From: Marsupella aquatica
Lineage: Eukaryota > Plantae > Marchantiophyta
Assembly (NCBI GenBank): GCA_973895155.1
Contig: OZ316897.1
Location: 7,492,470 to 7,556,469, forward strand
Direction of reading: 5' to 3'
Length of the DNA: 64,000 bases
The position numbers and the translations under genes were made by a program. This document shows, in pieces, positions 38,452 to 50,022 of this stretch. The notes below the pieces were generated by a model. That model was not told where the DNA came from. It searched no databases and saw nothing but the letters and a program-made list of their open reading frames with translations. Each line of letters opens with the position of its first letter. The stretch's first letter is position 1.

Positions 38452-41400
38452 CTACTTGTCCATCCTTTGGAGATAACTTTGGATAGTTTGTAGAACATTT
38501 TGAGGAATCTTCAAACCTCTGCCCGCCATGTTTTCTTCTTTCATGCCAGATTTAAAACCATACATTGCAGAATTTGCATACTGCCAATGTTGAGCGTTCT
38601 CACCAAACCCTGGATCTCGCTCCCATGTCTTAGTGGACATGAAGCAGTTTAGATACCATGCACTCTCAGTCACATCAAGTTTAGAGTGTTTAGGCCTCCA
38701 CCATTCGACTGGAAACATTGGAGCATATTGTTGAGGCAGAGGAGGGTTTGTTGGAGATGTAGTTGGGACTTCATGCTTAGGGTCAACCGAACCCAAAGCT
38801 CTCACCAACCAGAAATGACCTCCACCATTTTTATTCTCCCAGTCATCCTCGGGTCGAAGAAATACAAAGTTCCCTTGACAAATATCCTGTAGGGGAATCC
38901 ACCGTCCTTGTTCTCTCTCAGCTCGAGATCCAACAAATGGTGCCGCTTGATCTTCCATCTCTTCCAAGACCTCATTTTGAAGAGCCGTCATCTCCGCATT
39001 CTCCTCATCTTCACTTGGAGGACCACTTTGATCCGGTTGGTTGACCTTGTAACCAGTGCCATGGTTAGTCTTAGGCCAAAATCCATTTTTCAAGGGAAAT
39101 TGAGTACTTCCCTCCCCTTCTAGTGCAAGCCCATTTGTCAACAACTCCACAATTCTCTCCCAATATTTCACAAGAGGAAATCTTTCCTTATATGCTATAG
39201 ATGTCTCATCAGTGCAACTCCTTCTCAAAAAATCAAGGTACTTGGTAAGAAATGGGATAATCTCTTCAGATTTTTTGTGTATCTCTCCAATGGATTTAGC
39301 TAAGGGCTCTCCACTAGGTAAAAGAAGGGAATTTGTTGTCAGATCTGTTGCCCAAATGCACCTTCCACCAACTGGAGCCCAAGCTTGCTTTACATGGGAC
39401 TTATACTGAAATATTGGTACATTATCTCTCATAGAGAAAAGAAATGATACAGGTTTTGAGTGACCTTGAATATCTTTAACGTTGAAAGTTTGAAGATATT
39501 CTTTGTAAGATGCAACTTCTTGTATCAATCTGGGAACTGGATGAATGCTCTCACATTCCCAAACCTCTGCCATAAGAGCAAGGAGAGTTGCAACTTCCTT
39601 GTGCTGAACTTGATATGATACCTTCGAAAAGAGTGCATCAACATCTTCGTGCGTATGACCAACCATAAGAAAAGACATTTGAACAGTTTCAAATACTCCT
39701 CTACTCACAAGCTCACTACAAAATGCCATGACAGTCTGGTTTTTGTTATCCTTTGCTGAGTTATCCATTTGCAATGTTAGGTGCCTTGGCAAGGGCTTGA
39801 AAGATGGACTGCCTTGTTCCCCATGCATGTCCCCTCCTTGATCCTCACCAAGTTGGGTGGAGACCGTCTCCGTCTGACTCTCGGCTGCATCTTCAGAACC
39901 AATATACCTATTCATTGGAATACTCTTTGGTTCCAAATATCCCTTAAAAAATGCATCAAAGTCAAGAAGGGCTTGAAAGAAAGGTCTATGAAGTTCCAAA
40001 TAAAGGTCATCCAACATGTCACCTGTCTTGTCTCCATTGTACTCTTCAAGGTCTCAAAGACACTTAGCCAAGGATGTCACCGTGAAATCGGCATCTCCTG
40101 GCCAAAGGCCAGTGACACTAAAGTGTGCATAGACTCCTGGATCCCTTCCGTGGGTCAACATCCCTGTGAGAGCAATAGGTAGCGGCATCCCATGACCCGA
40201 AAGCGATTTAGGAGTACTGACCATTTTTGGAATCCACGTCTTTGCTTGATCCATCTTGTCGTGAATGATGCAAAGATATTCCCCTGGATGTTGCTTAGCC
40301 ATCACTCGATGAGCATAGTAAACATATCTACGTGATATTTGCTCACGAAGATGTTGCGCTTGTTTTTCTTCAATTTCAGCACGTTCTTTTTTCCTTCTTT
40401 CTCGCATCAAACTATCTTTGTATTCACAACAAAGAGTACACTTGGCAAATGCACCATCTTTATGGAAACTGAAGTTTGCGAATGATTTGCTCCAAATCTT
40501 GTACAGAGTATTCTCTGTAACTGGAGGAAGCCCCTCTTCCTTCATCTTTGTTCTCACATCTTCCAAAATCTCCAGCTTCTTGTAACATGCTGGAAGACGA
40601 TATTTAGTGGAGTCTGTCCCATGAGCCCCAGCATAAGGTATATGAGGCATGGGCTCTGCATTTCGAGTCAAAAAATCCTCCAACAAAGCTCGTGCATGCA
40701 AGGTATTTGACCTTGTTTTCATGGAGCCCGTGTTTCCATGGAACCCAATTTTGCAGCCCTCCACATATCTCCTTTTGTAGTCATAATATTTTGTGTGGCT
40801 AAAGCCATGGATGATTGCAAATGCATGTCTACATACGACCATACCCTTGAGAACATGGTGCCCCTTATCACGAACATCATCTTCTCTGTAGTGGAAGAGG
40901 TTGAAAATGTGTGATGTTTTTGACTCACTAGACATCCCGTGAAATTCTATCCGAATATCTTCTATGTCTTCTCTTGGCATAGTCAGACAACATTTCTGCT
41001 TGCAACAATTCTCTCTTTTAATTTCATCAATCGAAGCTTCCGTTGTTTTTGAAACTGCCTTGGTTTCCAATAGCCTTCTCTTCTTTTCAATCAGATCTAC
41101 ATGAGTCCTCTTGTTGAAATTGTATGGCCTTGTGCGCAGCATTCCCCTATCATTTACATTTGGATAGAGATCATCCCTATCCACCGACTCCATCCTCTCT
41201 GAACCTTCAACCAAAATGTCCGACAAAAATTTCCCATTTGCAAGTAGTTTTGTTGAATCAATTCGCCACCGAACCAAAGTAATTACTCGCCTATGGAAGT
41301 TGGGAAAGTATTGTGATTCCACCACATCTTTCACAGCAATCCCTACATGGTCCTCACCAAGCATTTCATCATCAACCGCCGCCGTTTCTTGAGGCACAGT

Positions 41401-42195
41401 GATGGTCCCCGTGGCAACCCTATTGGTTCAATCTGAACCGATGTATAGTTCGACCAACTCTGACATCCAATTTGACCGTTGGAAATAGTCACAATTAGTT
41501 TTAGAAATTTCAACTGAGGGAGACTCCACAACAAAACTCCGCTCTATGTTGATATCATCACCCGCATCCTTCTTTGAGAAACTCTTTCTACTTCGGACAT
41601 CTGCCACGTCCCAGAGAACCCATGAGTCTTTTGCCTCATCAATTGTTTCAGCCCCACTGTGTTTGTAAGGTAAAACCCTACTCCCATGAATGACATCAGT
41701 GACCCTCACACTGATCCGTGATTCACCAAGTAAAATGTTGTGACATCTTTCCATTGGATTTGTATTGAAAACAACTCCAAGGGCTACACAACACCCAAAG
41801 ATGAACATTTCAACCTCATCCCCTTGCCTCAGAGTGGTCGATGAGTACTCCTCTACAATTGGATTTTTCTCCAAATTACTCTCGGGTCTATTTGAACAAC
41901 TACCTACACTAATGTGTTTTTGAGAATTTGTTGTCGTTGATAGATATGTGCAAGACAAATCCCAAATAACGCAAGAATCAATGGCATCAAAAAGGTTTTC
42001 TGCCCGAGGCATCGGAAATGGTAGTTTTGTGGTTTGGTCAAAAACTTTCTCAATGAGAACTCCCATTCGATTCTCTCTCAACAATATCTTTTGAACACTA
42101 TCTTGCGGGTTGACTTTTTGAACTGTCCCGCTCGCAACATCGTAACCATCATTTGTCAATATCACATTGTCTCCTCTCAAAAATATTCCGGTCAT
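38452..42195 (-). pseudogene. Sola-like (DUF7869-type) DDD transposase with three N-terminal Tnp1/En/Spm-like repeats; two in-frame TGA stops
   Basis: ORFs 41428-42195, 40054-41397 and 38452-40017 are one frame separated by single TGAs (GSD*TNR; LAKCL*DLE). Motifs: FAKCTLC, IIHDKMDQAKT, LTLQMDNSAKDNKN, SFLMVGHTHEDVDALFS. A 4-bp TSD fits Sola. Confidence 0.8.
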
Positions 42196-42384
42196 TCCTA
42201 TAACGTATTCACCTGCACAATTTTAAATGTAAAGTATTAGTTAAGAATGGTCCCAACTAGGAAGCACATAGGTGTCAACCCTCTCCAAGGACAGTGCGCA
42301 TATCGGGATTATCCCCATCAAGCAAAATAATAGGTCCCCAAAAAGTCCCTATCTAGCCCTAAGATCCCTGATCCCAATTTAGAC

Positions 42385-42995
42385 GTTAGATAGGGATGAT
42401 CCCTGTCCAAACGGTGGACAGGGATGATCCCTGTCCAAACGACGGATAGGGTCTGTCAGTGTCCAAACGGCGAACAAGGATCATCCCTGCCTAAACGGCG
42501 GATAGTGTCTGTCACTGTCCAAAAGGCGGACACGCCTGATCCCTGTCCAAATGGTGGATTGGGTCTATTCCCTGTCCAAACAACTGACAGGGATGATTCA
42601 AGGAAACTTTTCATATTGGGGTCCAATCAAGCAAATACCTCAAACGGCGGACAGGGATCATCCGGAGAATGACCGCGGACACGGATCCCTATTGAAAGGG
42701 TAGACAGGGATCATCCCTATCAAAACGGCGGACAGGGACCATCCCTATCCAAACGGTGGACAGGGACCATCCCCATCCAAACAGCGAATACGGATCATTA
42801 TCCAACCAGAGGATCCAAACGGCGAATACGGATCATTATCCAACCAGAGGATCCAAACTGTAGAGGATCCAATAAAGTGCTATAGTTCATATGGTCCTCT
42901 ACAGTACTCTACGGTGGACAGGGATCATCCCTATCCAAACAGCAGATAGAGATGATCCCTATCCAAATAGCAAACAGGGATGACCCTTGTACGGA
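42385..42995. repeat. cluster of palindromic GGACAGGGAT(G/C)ATCCCT(G/A)TCCAAAC motifs between the divergent genes
   Basis: More than 10 full or half copies, e.g. ggacagggatgatccctgtcc and ggacagggatcatccctatcc. Confidence 0.85.
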
Positions 42996-43911
42996 CAATT
43001 GACTCTACACACTAATTTAATGTTTGAGCAAAGAACGGTTGGATTGAGATTATCCCAATCGTGAGTTGGGCTGGGATTTTTTCACTTCAACCTTAACTTA
43101 GATATAGTAATTCCTAAATTTGCGGATATCAATGGAATATGCTACAATTATATAATTAGGTTTAAAGTTACCTGTAATGGAAATGATTCTTGAACCCAAA
43201 ACTCAATTTAGTTTATGTTGTCAAACCAAGGATTAAAATACTGTGTTGAAGGGGTAGTTATCAGTAACCTGGTAAACTAAATGCTTCAGGGGTGTGGAAG
43301 AAATTAAAACTAGATGTTCTGTCTGGAAAACAAGAGTGTCTCAATGGGGCTCCGTAATGAACGGACCTGGTTGAGGAACAGAACAAAAATCTAGAAATGA
43401 AAATACCAAATGAGGACTAGCCGGACAACCCCAAGTATCTTATACCAGTTGTTGAAGATCGCCCTTATGGATAAGGCAATGCGTGATCAGCCTTAAGCAA
43501 CGGCGAGTGGATTAGGTCGGGCGACGCACTTTAGGGCAGCCATGCATTTAGGGTTTTCCACTCGCCTCGGCCTCCCACGTGTTCAGTGTGCCTTGCCTCA
43601 CCTCGGGGGGGTAAAGGAGGCAGGAGGTCCCACTTGGGCCTCATTCTTCATTCCCTCCTCGCTCCTCGCTCGCTCTCCTCCTCGCTCGCTCTCCTCCCTC
43701 CTCCGTCCGCTCCTCCTCTTCTCCACTCCTGCTCTTGCGCTCCTTTGCTCGCTCCTCCGCCTCATTCGCTTCCAATCTCCTTCGCTCCGACGCCTCTGCA
43801 CTCCTTCGCTTTGCCTCCGCACTAAATTTTATCCCCATAGCCGCCATGTTAATTGCCCTAGATCTAACGCTCTACAATCCTCCACGTGTCCATAAGGCCA
43901 CGTGTCACACG

Positions 43912-46900
43912 ATGGAGCCATCCAGACCTATTCCAGTGTGTCTCGTCAGTGAGCCAACAGAGGAGACAGACCTCTCATCCATTGAGGACGTGGTGGAGAC
44001 GGCCCTCGAGGATTCCAGAGCCTTTCAATCGCTCAATCCAAGTGAGTATCCCAGTAACAAGTTGAATATTTGTGTGGTGGACAGAGATGATCCCTGTCCA
44101 AGTAGAGTCCAAATAGAAGATAGTCATCTTTATTAGGAATTGGACAGAGATGATCTCTATCCAAATGGATGGAGATCATCCCTGTCCAATTGCATAGATA
44201 TCATTTATTTCCAAACTGACGATAGAGGATGTCCTATCAGACGATGCTGAGGACCTTTATTAGGAATTGGATAGAGATGATCCCTGTCCAAGTATAGGAT
44301 AGAGATGATAATAACGATCGTCAGTATCCTCTCATCGAACAGCGATGATCTTTATTACAAATTGGACAGAGATCATCGCTGTCCAAATAGAGGATAGAGA
44401 TGATCCCTGTCCAATTTTTGTCAATTACAAAAGTAAGATTTCCAAACTAATATGCCTGGATGGGACTATTGCAGGGAGCTATCTAAATGCATTGAAACCA
44501 CAGATTTCAGACGCAGATTGCTCCGAGGGAGTCTTGTTGGAGCAGAGCAGAGAAGATTTTTGTTGGGGCCTTGAGTTCTCCAGAGTTGATTTTGATTTCC
44601 TTAGCACGTCAACGAGACGGGATCCCATTTTGTGCATAAAGGTCAGAACTGCAGATCAGGAGACTCTTGTACTCGGACCTGTAGTCTTCATTGGAATTGA
44701 AGGAAGAGGGTTTGTTTCCGTCATTCTTGAGCTCCATGAAAGGATACGATGGGTTAAACTACATCTACCATCAAAGGCGTATTCTTCAGAATTCAATGTT
44801 GAGTGGTCTGTAGCTGGAGAACTTGGCGTGTTGGCAATGGGCTTTTTCCCTAAGTCGTATTCAACTCAAAAGGTGACTCTTGGAGTGAAGGGGATTCTTC
44901 CACTTGACATCATGTATGGGTTTCAATATGTGAAGCTTAATATGCATAAACACCAAGGGAATTATACATTTCCGGTGACATGGATTTTAAATAATTTGCT
45001 TGACAAGGCAGGATTCCTATCATCGGAATCAGGTGTTTTCCTTGACAAGAAAATTATATTTGCGGAGGAGTTTGCAATGGATAATGCAAAAAAGTGGGTA
45101 GAATCATTACCCAAGCCTACAAGTATTGCACCAGTAGTGGTGAACAAGCCTCCAGTAGTTGTTAACAAAGAAGTTCCGAAGCCTAGAAAAATATCTCAGG
45201 AGACAACAACCGGGACTGCAGGAACAACGGCCGGGACAGCCTCCAAACAAGTGGTAGGGAAGCGAAGACAAAGAGAGAAGAAGGAGCGCAAGAAAACTGA
45301 GACACTGCCGAAGGAACCCGAGAAGAAGCCAGTAAAGAAGAAACATAAAACTGACAAGACTATTGCGCGGTCAACTCCGACGGACATACAAATGCTCCCA
45401 GAGGATGAGGGAGACAAACTTGATGCCCCGGAGGAGAAGAAGGTCTTAGAAGGGAATGATGTTCTCCAAAGAATAGAGCAGTACTATACTTTTGGGATAA
45501 ATGAAATATTTTCTATTCCAGTGGAGAAAATTTATCCAGCTCCGACAAGGTTATGTTACAGGATGCTCAACAGTGCCCATGTGAAGCACATAGCCGAATC
45601 CATGGTGAAAAACCCTGGACATGAACCTCACGTTGTGGACCTTCTTCCTTACAATCCAAAACTTAGAAAGCTGCTTCATTTTGACAGCACAGAGAACGAC
45701 CGCAAAGACCTTCTTGTAGGAGTGAAGAAAGGCGAGATTGTTTTCCTTGCCGTCAGTGGGCAACATTCTGCTAGGGGGGCCAAATGGGTTCTTGAGTGGG
45801 CCGAAACTGATGCCAAGCTCACAGTTTTGGCAAAAAAGTTAAAATATAGGAAGGCTAGATTATTGTCAGACCTTACGCCATCGGCTATACTGGTTGAGCA
45901 CTCAATGAGATCAAATGCCATCAATTCTTTGATGGTGTTTCAATCGTGCTTCAAAGATACAATTGTTCATGCAAGAAAACAATTCCTTGAAACTGGAAGA
46001 CCAAGAAAGCCAAAGCACGGGGACAACAAATCAAACGCCCAAGAGAGTCAAAATTTCAGGTGAGAAACATTTTTCTTGTTTGGACAGAGATGGTCTCTGT
46101 CCAAGAGTGTGATCGTCCGTTACATTGATTTTAGTTCAATATGTTTTTGGTTATGACTTGGATGGAGATGGTCTCTGTCCAAGAGTGAGACCTTCCATTC
46201 TGTAGATTTTACTTCATTCTACTTTTGGTTATGGCTTGGACGGAGATGGTCTCTGTCCAAGAGTGAGACCTTCCATTCTGTAGATTTTACTTCATTCTAC
46301 TTTTGGTTATGGCTTGGACGGAGATGGTCTCTGTCCAAGCAAGCGATTGTGTGTTGTCAAATCTCATTGATTGTACATAACTTACAACATTCTCCCTAAT
46401 TTTTGACTGTAGGATTATCTGGCATTGGCAAGGATGACCATGGGGAGAAAAGACTTGAAAAATGTATACTGGTTACTTTTTGCCGAGAATGATCTTTTCG
46501 AGTTATGGCGGTTAGTGTGCCAGATGTGGATTGATGGAAAACTTCCTGATGGGGCTGGTACACAGGGAAACAAAAGGTCCGAAAAGGCGATAACCGTCGC
46601 CATGTTTCGTTGTTTTGATGGTGAAATCTCAAATAGAGATTTGACCAGAATTTTGAACAAGGTGAAGTCGGGTCAGATTTTATTGAAGAAAGATCTGACT
46701 AATAAGTCAGATGTTCCAGCGATGGAGGAGTTTGCAAAGGAGGTGAAGATATTGATCAAATTGAAGTCTCTTATTGGAGATTACTACTTCAAGAAGGATC
46801 CAAAACACTTCCCAGCAGATACTGATTGGGCTAAAGTGATTGAAGTCCTCCCATTATTGGGTCCCGATTCGGAGTTGAACAGGTGCCGAAGAGCAGCTGG

Positions 46901-48306
46901 CGATGTATGGTTGACAAATTTGTTGAAGTCGAATCATACAAAGGAGAGTGAGATATTGCCAATGACATTGGTGATGCGTCTAGATGATATTTACTGTCAA
47001 AAGTTTGGCGGTGGGACAAGTTCTCGGACCCAGCCGTGGGTCACATTTTTTAGTAACAACCTAATGAAGACTGTGGATCCAGAGTCGTTGGAAGAACAAT
47101 CTCCAACATGCCCTCTTGCAATTGTTGATTTCAGCCGACTTCAGCAAAAAGAGTGGACTGAAGTAGAGATTTTGGTCCTCTTCCAATATATAGTAGAGCT
47201 ACCACGGAATCCTACCATTGTTGTGATGATAACTGTCCATCCGGGTTATCTTGTACTGAATGTCCTAAGCGCTCTTCATAAATTAGGACATTCAAAAACT
47301 CTGAGTATTCACATTGAGTATGGGAGTTATTACCGAGATGATCAACCTCACCCTTAGGACTCATGTTGGAAGGGAGGAATAGAAGAGGTTATCTTTGCCG
47401 GAATTTCTCGCGAGGAGAACGTCAGCTGGGATGAAGTGTTCAAGCCCAACCAAATGAAGCCAAAATGGGTGTACGGTGAAAAGGATACTGATTTCGTGGT
47501 TGAGAAGGTCAAGGGAGGAGTCATTGCATATTGATGGAGACCATCTCTATCCAAGTTATCATCATATTGAAAATATTGACCTTGTGGACGACGATATGAT
47601 TGTTGGATCTGCACCTTGTAGTTCACCAATTACAGATGCTGCCCCCATGGGCCCCAACGAGGGCCAATATGATGATAACTTGGATTGAGATGGTCTCCAT
47701 CCACAAGTGCCTGGAGAAGAGATGGAAGTTGATACTTTTGAAAAACTTTCTTCAAACAACCTTCTCAATCAAGGTGCGGAGAGGCATGGTGAGTCCAATG
47801 AACTCGACACATTGGGATTGAGACCACAGCCCATCCAAATAGCTGACATTCCCGTGAATGAAGCAAGTGCATCCACGACTGCTGACAACCAGGCAGGTGC
47901 TTCAATTTGTCCCAATACACTCTTTTCCGCTTCTAATGACAAATTGGTGTTTGTTCGATCACAATCAAGAAGTCCCGTTATCCTTCCACTCTCAAAAAAG
48001 AAAGGGAAGAGAGTAGGATCAACTGGATATAAGTCACTTGAATATGATTGTCAATGTTACGTGTGGAAAAGTGGACCCGATGTAGGAACTGAAGTTGCGT
48101 TGGATGCTGCTCAACCAATTTTGAACAATGACTCATACAAAAAGCACAAGAAAGATCCAACTTATAGAAGTGGAGAATTGGGATTGATAACTCCGGTTTG
48201 GTCTGCACCTTATTGGGTAGAGGAGAGTACCTCCGATGTCAATTATGAGATCCAACAAGAACTCGGTGATGACATCTTGATTGATGAATATGGATCGCAT
48301 TGTTAG
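43912..48306 (+). pseudogene. multi-exon accessory gene with a ParB/Srx-like domain and a possible degenerate N4C/N6A-methyltransferase-like fold
   Basis: Exons ~43912-44041, ~44475-46039 and 46413-48306 (TAG at 47355, frameshift near 47530, TGA at 47686). IFSIPVEKIYPAP..CYRMLNSAHVKHIAESM...VFLAVSGQHSARG resembles the ParB/Srx core (GxH). A Lys-rich linker precedes it. Confidence 0.55.
46075..46340. repeat. 78-bp intronic tandem repeat (~3.3 units), each with the palindrome TTGGACRGAGATGGTCTCTGTCCAA
   Basis: GGTTATG markers at 46149, 46227 and 46305. Confidence 0.9.
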
Positions 48307-48558
48307 CCAAGGTCTAGATTGAGCGATGTGACCTTATCAATTTGATATAATATAGTCTGTATAATTATACTTCAAGTTTAACAATTAGAGCATCAGTATC
48401 AATATCCATCTCCTCTTTACGGTTTCTCAATGAATCTGATCAGTATGCAGATATATTTTCTTTGTGGTTGGCCACTTGTGTTGGATTGACAGAGATGATC
48501 TCTATCCAAACTTCAAATGTGGTTTTATCTCTAAGATTGGTATTTGTTGCACTTGCAG

Positions 48559-49595
48559 AACCAAGACCTTGTTCCATCAAGCGCAAATTGCTAATTTTGG
48601 ATCTTAACAAAATACTTTGGGATTCAATTGAATTCCAAAGCAAGGGCAAATCCAGAAATGTTGTGATCCCAAGTGGAGTGCATTGGGATAGAAAAAATGG
48701 AATTAGTCGCATGTACACAGAAAGGCCAGGGCTCCATGAGTTTCTAAAGTTGGTTTTTGACCGATTTGACGTTGCAATTTGGACATGTGCTGGGGTACAT
48801 CGAACAGTGAAAATGTTGAACATGATGTTCACTGTTGAGGAGCGGTTGAAACTTAAGTTTGTATTCACACAAGTGGAAGCCTTTGACATAGGCATTCAAA
48901 GGCGTGACATTACAAACGGAAAGGCAAATGTGCTACTGAAGGATTTTCGGGTGGTATGGAGTGGATTTGGAAATCTATATGATGAAACCAACACCCTCCT
49001 TGTGGATGACTCCCCCCTTAAGGCATTTGCCAACCCAAGCATGACCGGACTATTTCCAGTGCCCTACACGCATGCCAATGGTGGAGATAATTTTCTTCTA
49101 ACAATTCTTTGGCCTTGTCTTGAGAAACTATCCCATGCAAGTGACATTAGATGTTATCTTCTTCTTAACTCTCCACTGTGGTCTCTATTGCACATAAAGA
49201 GAGACAAGGTAAAAAATGAAATTACTTATGATCAACTTAGTAAGAGATGTGCAACAAAAATTTGGAAGTCACAGTTTACGCATAGTGTGTTGGACCTCAA
49301 CAGCAATGAGATTCCTTGGAACGTGAAGCATCGTATATGTAGTTTACGTCCTGAGGCAGAACTTGACGATGCACTTGTCACGTCACTTGCTAAAGCATTT
49401 GTAGGAAGGGACTATTCAGGTCCGCATAGAGAAAATCCCAGACACTTTTTGCGGGAGATTATAGCCGTTAGGAACAACACCACCAAGTTTCAGCTCCCTG
49501 AAGATAAAGGGACTTGCAACCGTGACACTAGGGTAGATAGTAAAGGAGACAGGGGCACGTGCTCAAATACACATTGTAAGGAGCACTTTGTTTAG
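48559..49595 (+). CDS. FCP1/SCP-like (NIF) HAD phosphatase domain exon inside the Sola-like element
   Basis: KLLILDLNKILW, ERPGLHEFLKLVFDRFDVAIWTCA, LLKDFRVVW, NTLLVDDSPLKAFANP. Acceptor CTTGCAG at ~48558. No internal stops. Confidence 0.85.
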
Positions 49596-49869
49596 AGATA
49601 TGACTCATGTTAAGCCCCTTAGATAGAAGAAATACATTGTAAATTTGGAGATAATTGTATATTATTTTATAATCTATTTGGAGTTATGTCATTTTGTTCA
49701 CACATATTCAAGGGTTTATTTGTGCTAAAATGTTTTTATAAGTATGATCTCTATCCTACTATTCTTTGTGAATTCATAAATAATGATCTCTATCCTATTA
49801 TTCTTTGTGAATCAATAAATGATATAATATGTATTATTTATTAATATAATACTTATATGATTTGGCCTA

Positions 49870-49972
49870 TAAAGTGTACATTTAGAGACCAAAAAGTGTA
49901 CATTTAGAGACCAAAAAGTGTACATTTGGGTTTCTTAAAGTGTACATTTGGGGACATGAAAGTGTACATTTC
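49870..49972. repeat. right subterminal repeats AAAGTGTACATTT (~5 copies)
   Basis: Read directly. Confidence 0.8.
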
Positions 49973-50022
49973 AAGACTGATTTGTGAACAAAAGAAAATA
50001 TACTTTTAATGAATAGGCTGAT

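Larger units (their letters stand above)
37856..50022. mobile_element. Sola-like DNA transposon, 12167 bp, 21-bp TIR, 4-bp TSD GATG
   Basis: Left end ATCAGCCTATTCATTAAAAGT (37856); right end ACTTTTAATGAATAGGCTGAT (ends 50022). GATG at 37852-37855 and 50023-50026. The empty site AAAATCGGATGCTCC is present in the uninterrupted array units. Confidence 0.92.
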
